From Torpedo marmorata (lineage: Eukaryota), in contig OZ360225.1 in assembly GCA_977017645.1 (NCBI GenBank), positions 4,278,001 to 4,342,000 of the forward strand: 64,000 nucleotides of DNA. Direction: 5' to 3'. The notes under the pieces are model-generated. The model did not search any database, had not been told where the DNA came from, and worked only from the letters and a program-made list of their open reading frames with translations. How positions within the stretch are numbered: position 1 is the stretch's first letter; each line of letters opens with the position of its first letter. A program made the translations under genes and the position numbers. This document shows positions 61,138-64,000 of the stretch, in pieces.

Positions 61138-64000
61138 GGGGGGGGGGTCACGTGATGCAGAGGAGTTGAGAAGACATGGATTCCTGGGCTCTCTCTACAT
61201 CATCGATTTAAAATGAGATAAATATTGATTTTTTGAATTTAAAAGAGGAAAAACGCTAGGAGAATGGGGAAGAAGAGTAGATCTCAACCCCTGGCAGCAG
61301 GAGGATCTCCAAATTCAACAAATTCAACAGATTCATCAGGCGAGGCCCCACACGGGAGCAGAGACATGGAGCCCTCAGTAATGGTGCTGGAGAAAAGGAA
61401 AGCGAAGGGGGAGTTAATGAATACTTGCACAGACACAGCGCAGGTCATTGGGGACCTGACTAGAAGATTTGATAGAATGGAAACCTGGATAAAAGAGGTG
61501 CTGGACGTCATAAAGGGTTTCAAAGATTCGATGGGGGTTTTTAACCTCCCGTGTGGAAAAGATGGAGGAAACAGCAGAGAATACACAAGAAAGGCTGGGG
61601 AGCCTGGAAAAAGATAAGAATGACTGGAGAAAAGAAAAACAGGAGATCATGGATAAAATGGATCACATGGAGAACTTTAATAGAAGAAATAACGTGAGAA
61701 TTATTGGATTAAAAAAGGGGCAGAGGGAAGAGACACTGTGGAATTTTTTCTGAAATGGATCCCAAAGGTTCTGGGGCAAGATTGATTTAAAAAACCTCTG
61801 AAGGTGGAAAGAGCCCACCGGACCCTTGGCCTCTGGAGGACACCGGACCAGAGACCACAACCGGTTCTGGTGCGACTGCTGAGCTGCCGGGATCGAGAGG
61901 AGATCCTCCGTGCAGCAGCAGCACGCACCAGGGAAACGGGCGGGCCCCTGGAGATCGGAATGGACAAAAATTTTTTTCTTCCAGGACCTAAGCGCGGCCC
62001 TAGTGCGGCGTCGGAAGGAATTCGACGCCGTGAAGAAACAGCTGCGGGTAAGGAACATACCTTACTCGATGCTCTACCCAGCGACGTTGAGACTGGAGCT
62101 GTCGGAGGGCGGGAGAAGATTCTTTGCGACGTCCAGAGAGGCGGAGGACTTCATCCAAGGTCTGCGGGAGAGGTCGTAGGAGTGGAACGGGAGAAGAGAA
62201 AGGAGACGGCACAAGGACTGAAAGAATCGCGGAGGATATAAATAGACTTTGAGTAAAAGAGATGGGGTGGACCATGTGGTGTAAAAGAAGGGGGAGGTTG
62301 GGTTATTGCATATTGAATCACGGGGGGGGTATTCTAAATAGCTTTTATTATAAGAAAATGTTGTAAAAATATAAGGAGAGCCCGGGAAAGGCTGGGAAGT
62401 TATGGTAGGATGGGCACATAGTGTACTTCAAATTAAGGGGACTGATGGAGCCAGGAGAGGGGTTGTTTTGAAAAATAGTGCTGGAGAAATGGGGAGGGAA
62501 TTTCTTTTTGCCTCGCAATTTTTTTTCGCGGGCTTTGGGGTTTTCTGTTGACGTCACTGTCAGTGCAGGGGAAATACATGTGTTAGCTTCTAAGGGAGAA
62601 TGCACACTGGGAAAGAAATGTACTAAGGGGCTATGAAAATAACATAGTAATGTATGAACACTATAATGAATAAGACTATAAAATTTGTTAGTTTCAATGT
62701 TAATGAATTAAATGGACCCATAAAAAGGAAAAGAGTTTTGGCGCACTTTTTAAAAAAATGCAGGCGGATATAGTCTTTTTGCAGGAAACTCACTTCACAA
62801 ATAAAGAACATAACAAATTAAAGAGGGAATGGGTGGGACAGGTATTTGTGTCCTCTTTCAATTCCAAGGCTCGGGGGGTGGCTATGTAATAAATAAAAAT
62901 GTTCCGGTGGTAGTGAAAGGCACGACTATTGACTCGGCTGGGAGATTTGTGATGATACACTGTCAAATTTACCCTGAACCCTGAACCTTTATGCTCCAAA
63001 TTTTGATGACGAGGCTTTTATGCAAAATATATTTCTGAAGGTGGCAGAGGGGAGACAGAATGTGTTAATGGGAGGGGATTTTAACTTTTGCCTGGATCCC
63101 GTTCTGCATAAGTCTGCAAAGACGGTAACAGGGGCCAGGGCGGCTAAAACCACTCTGGCCTTTATGAAAGATCTAAATTTAATAGATGCATGGAGACGGT
63201 TACACCCACAAGCCAGAGATTACTCCTTTTACTCTAAACCCCATGATTCCTATACTAGAATTGACTCTGGAAGGCAGAGTGATCAAATTGGAATATCTAG
63301 CCAGACTATTATCAGATCATGCACCTTTGATCCTATTTATTGTTATGCCAGGCTAACGTATACAGATGGCACCTTAATTCTATGCTGTTGAAAAGGACAG
63401 ATTTTTGTGACTTTATAAGGGGTCAGATAAATTTGTTTTTTGAAACAAATTGCCCCTCCACTAATAACAGCTTTTTAATATGGGATACTTTAAAGGCTTA
63501 TTTGAGGGGGCAAATAATTTTGTACACTAAAAATGTGATCGAGAAATTCTAGAGTTGGAAAAGAAATATCAACAAAGGAAAAATATCAAATTCTGGTAAA
63601 TAAGAAGCTTAAGTACAACACTCTACAAACATATCAAATGGAGAAAACCATTTTGAGATCTAGGCAAAAATATTATGAATTAGGTGAGAGGGCCCATAAG
63701 GTCTTGTCTTGGCAATTGAAGGCGGAAGAGACATCGAGGACAATTAATGCGATTCAGTTGAGATCAGTCAAGATAACACACAACCCAAAAGAGATAAATG
63801 ATACATTCAAGCAATTCTATACTGAGCTGTATAAATCAGAGTCACCTAAAGATTCAACTAAAATAGATGAATTTTTGTCCAAGATTGATTTGCCTAGATT
63901 GGATCAAGACGATCAGACGAAATTAGATTCCCCTTTTTCTAGAGAAGAGATTGAAAAAGCCTTGAGAACATTACAAGCTAATAAATCACTGGGGGAGGAC
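61138..64000 (+). mobile_element. 5'-complete L1-clade element: short 5' UTR, frameshifted ORF1 (61264-62179), spacer, ORF2 endonuclease from ~62666; runs off the window
   Basis: ORF1 motifs ENFNRRNNVRIIG, ERAHR, FFQDLS, YPATLR. ORF2 motifs FVSFNVN..NGPIKRK, DIVFLQETH, GGDFN, DAWR, YTRID, WDTLKAYLRG. Confidence 0.9.

Noticed and set aside
29340-64000. SOCS6 exon (expected divergent neighbour by mammalian synteny)
   Set aside because: No SH2 or SOCS-box coding sequence found, and a non-coding first exon cannot be identified from sequence alone.

Overview
This is vertebrate genomic DNA, not prokaryotic. Its repeat complement (V-domain tRNA SINEs, CR1, Rex1, L1/Tx1, Penelope-type terminal repeats) points to a cartilaginous fish, probably a ray or shark; that assignment is inference. 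The only host gene I can support is rotatin (RTTN) on the minus strand. Coding exons 1-5 (29306-29336, 11523-11710, 5996-6191, 2846-2953, 54-144) join in frame through GT-AG introns to give [28 protein letters not shown]...[18 protein letters not shown]. The most striking feature is that exon 1 and the promoter form a ~480-bp CpG-rich island wedged between two G-rich minisatellites, ~3.7 kb in intron 1 and ~12.7 kb upstream, both G-rich on the + strand. Intron 1 also carries a ~40-bp CA-rich satellite interrupted by an L1 and a solo LTR. The upstream region is a nested stack of transposons: a Gmr1-like (integrase-before-RT) LTR element hit by an L1 that was hit by another L1, and a 5'-intact CR1 with tandem 115-bp leader monomers. 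Also present are Tigger/pogo MITEs (one nested pair), a Helentron-like non-autonomous element, hammerhead-like cores in Penelope-type repeats, and a GC-rich non-coding element with a Rex1-type tail. The very long Pro-rich, Thr/His-rich and Gly-rich ORFs in the track are repeat read-through artefacts. All family names come from recognised motifs, not database searches.
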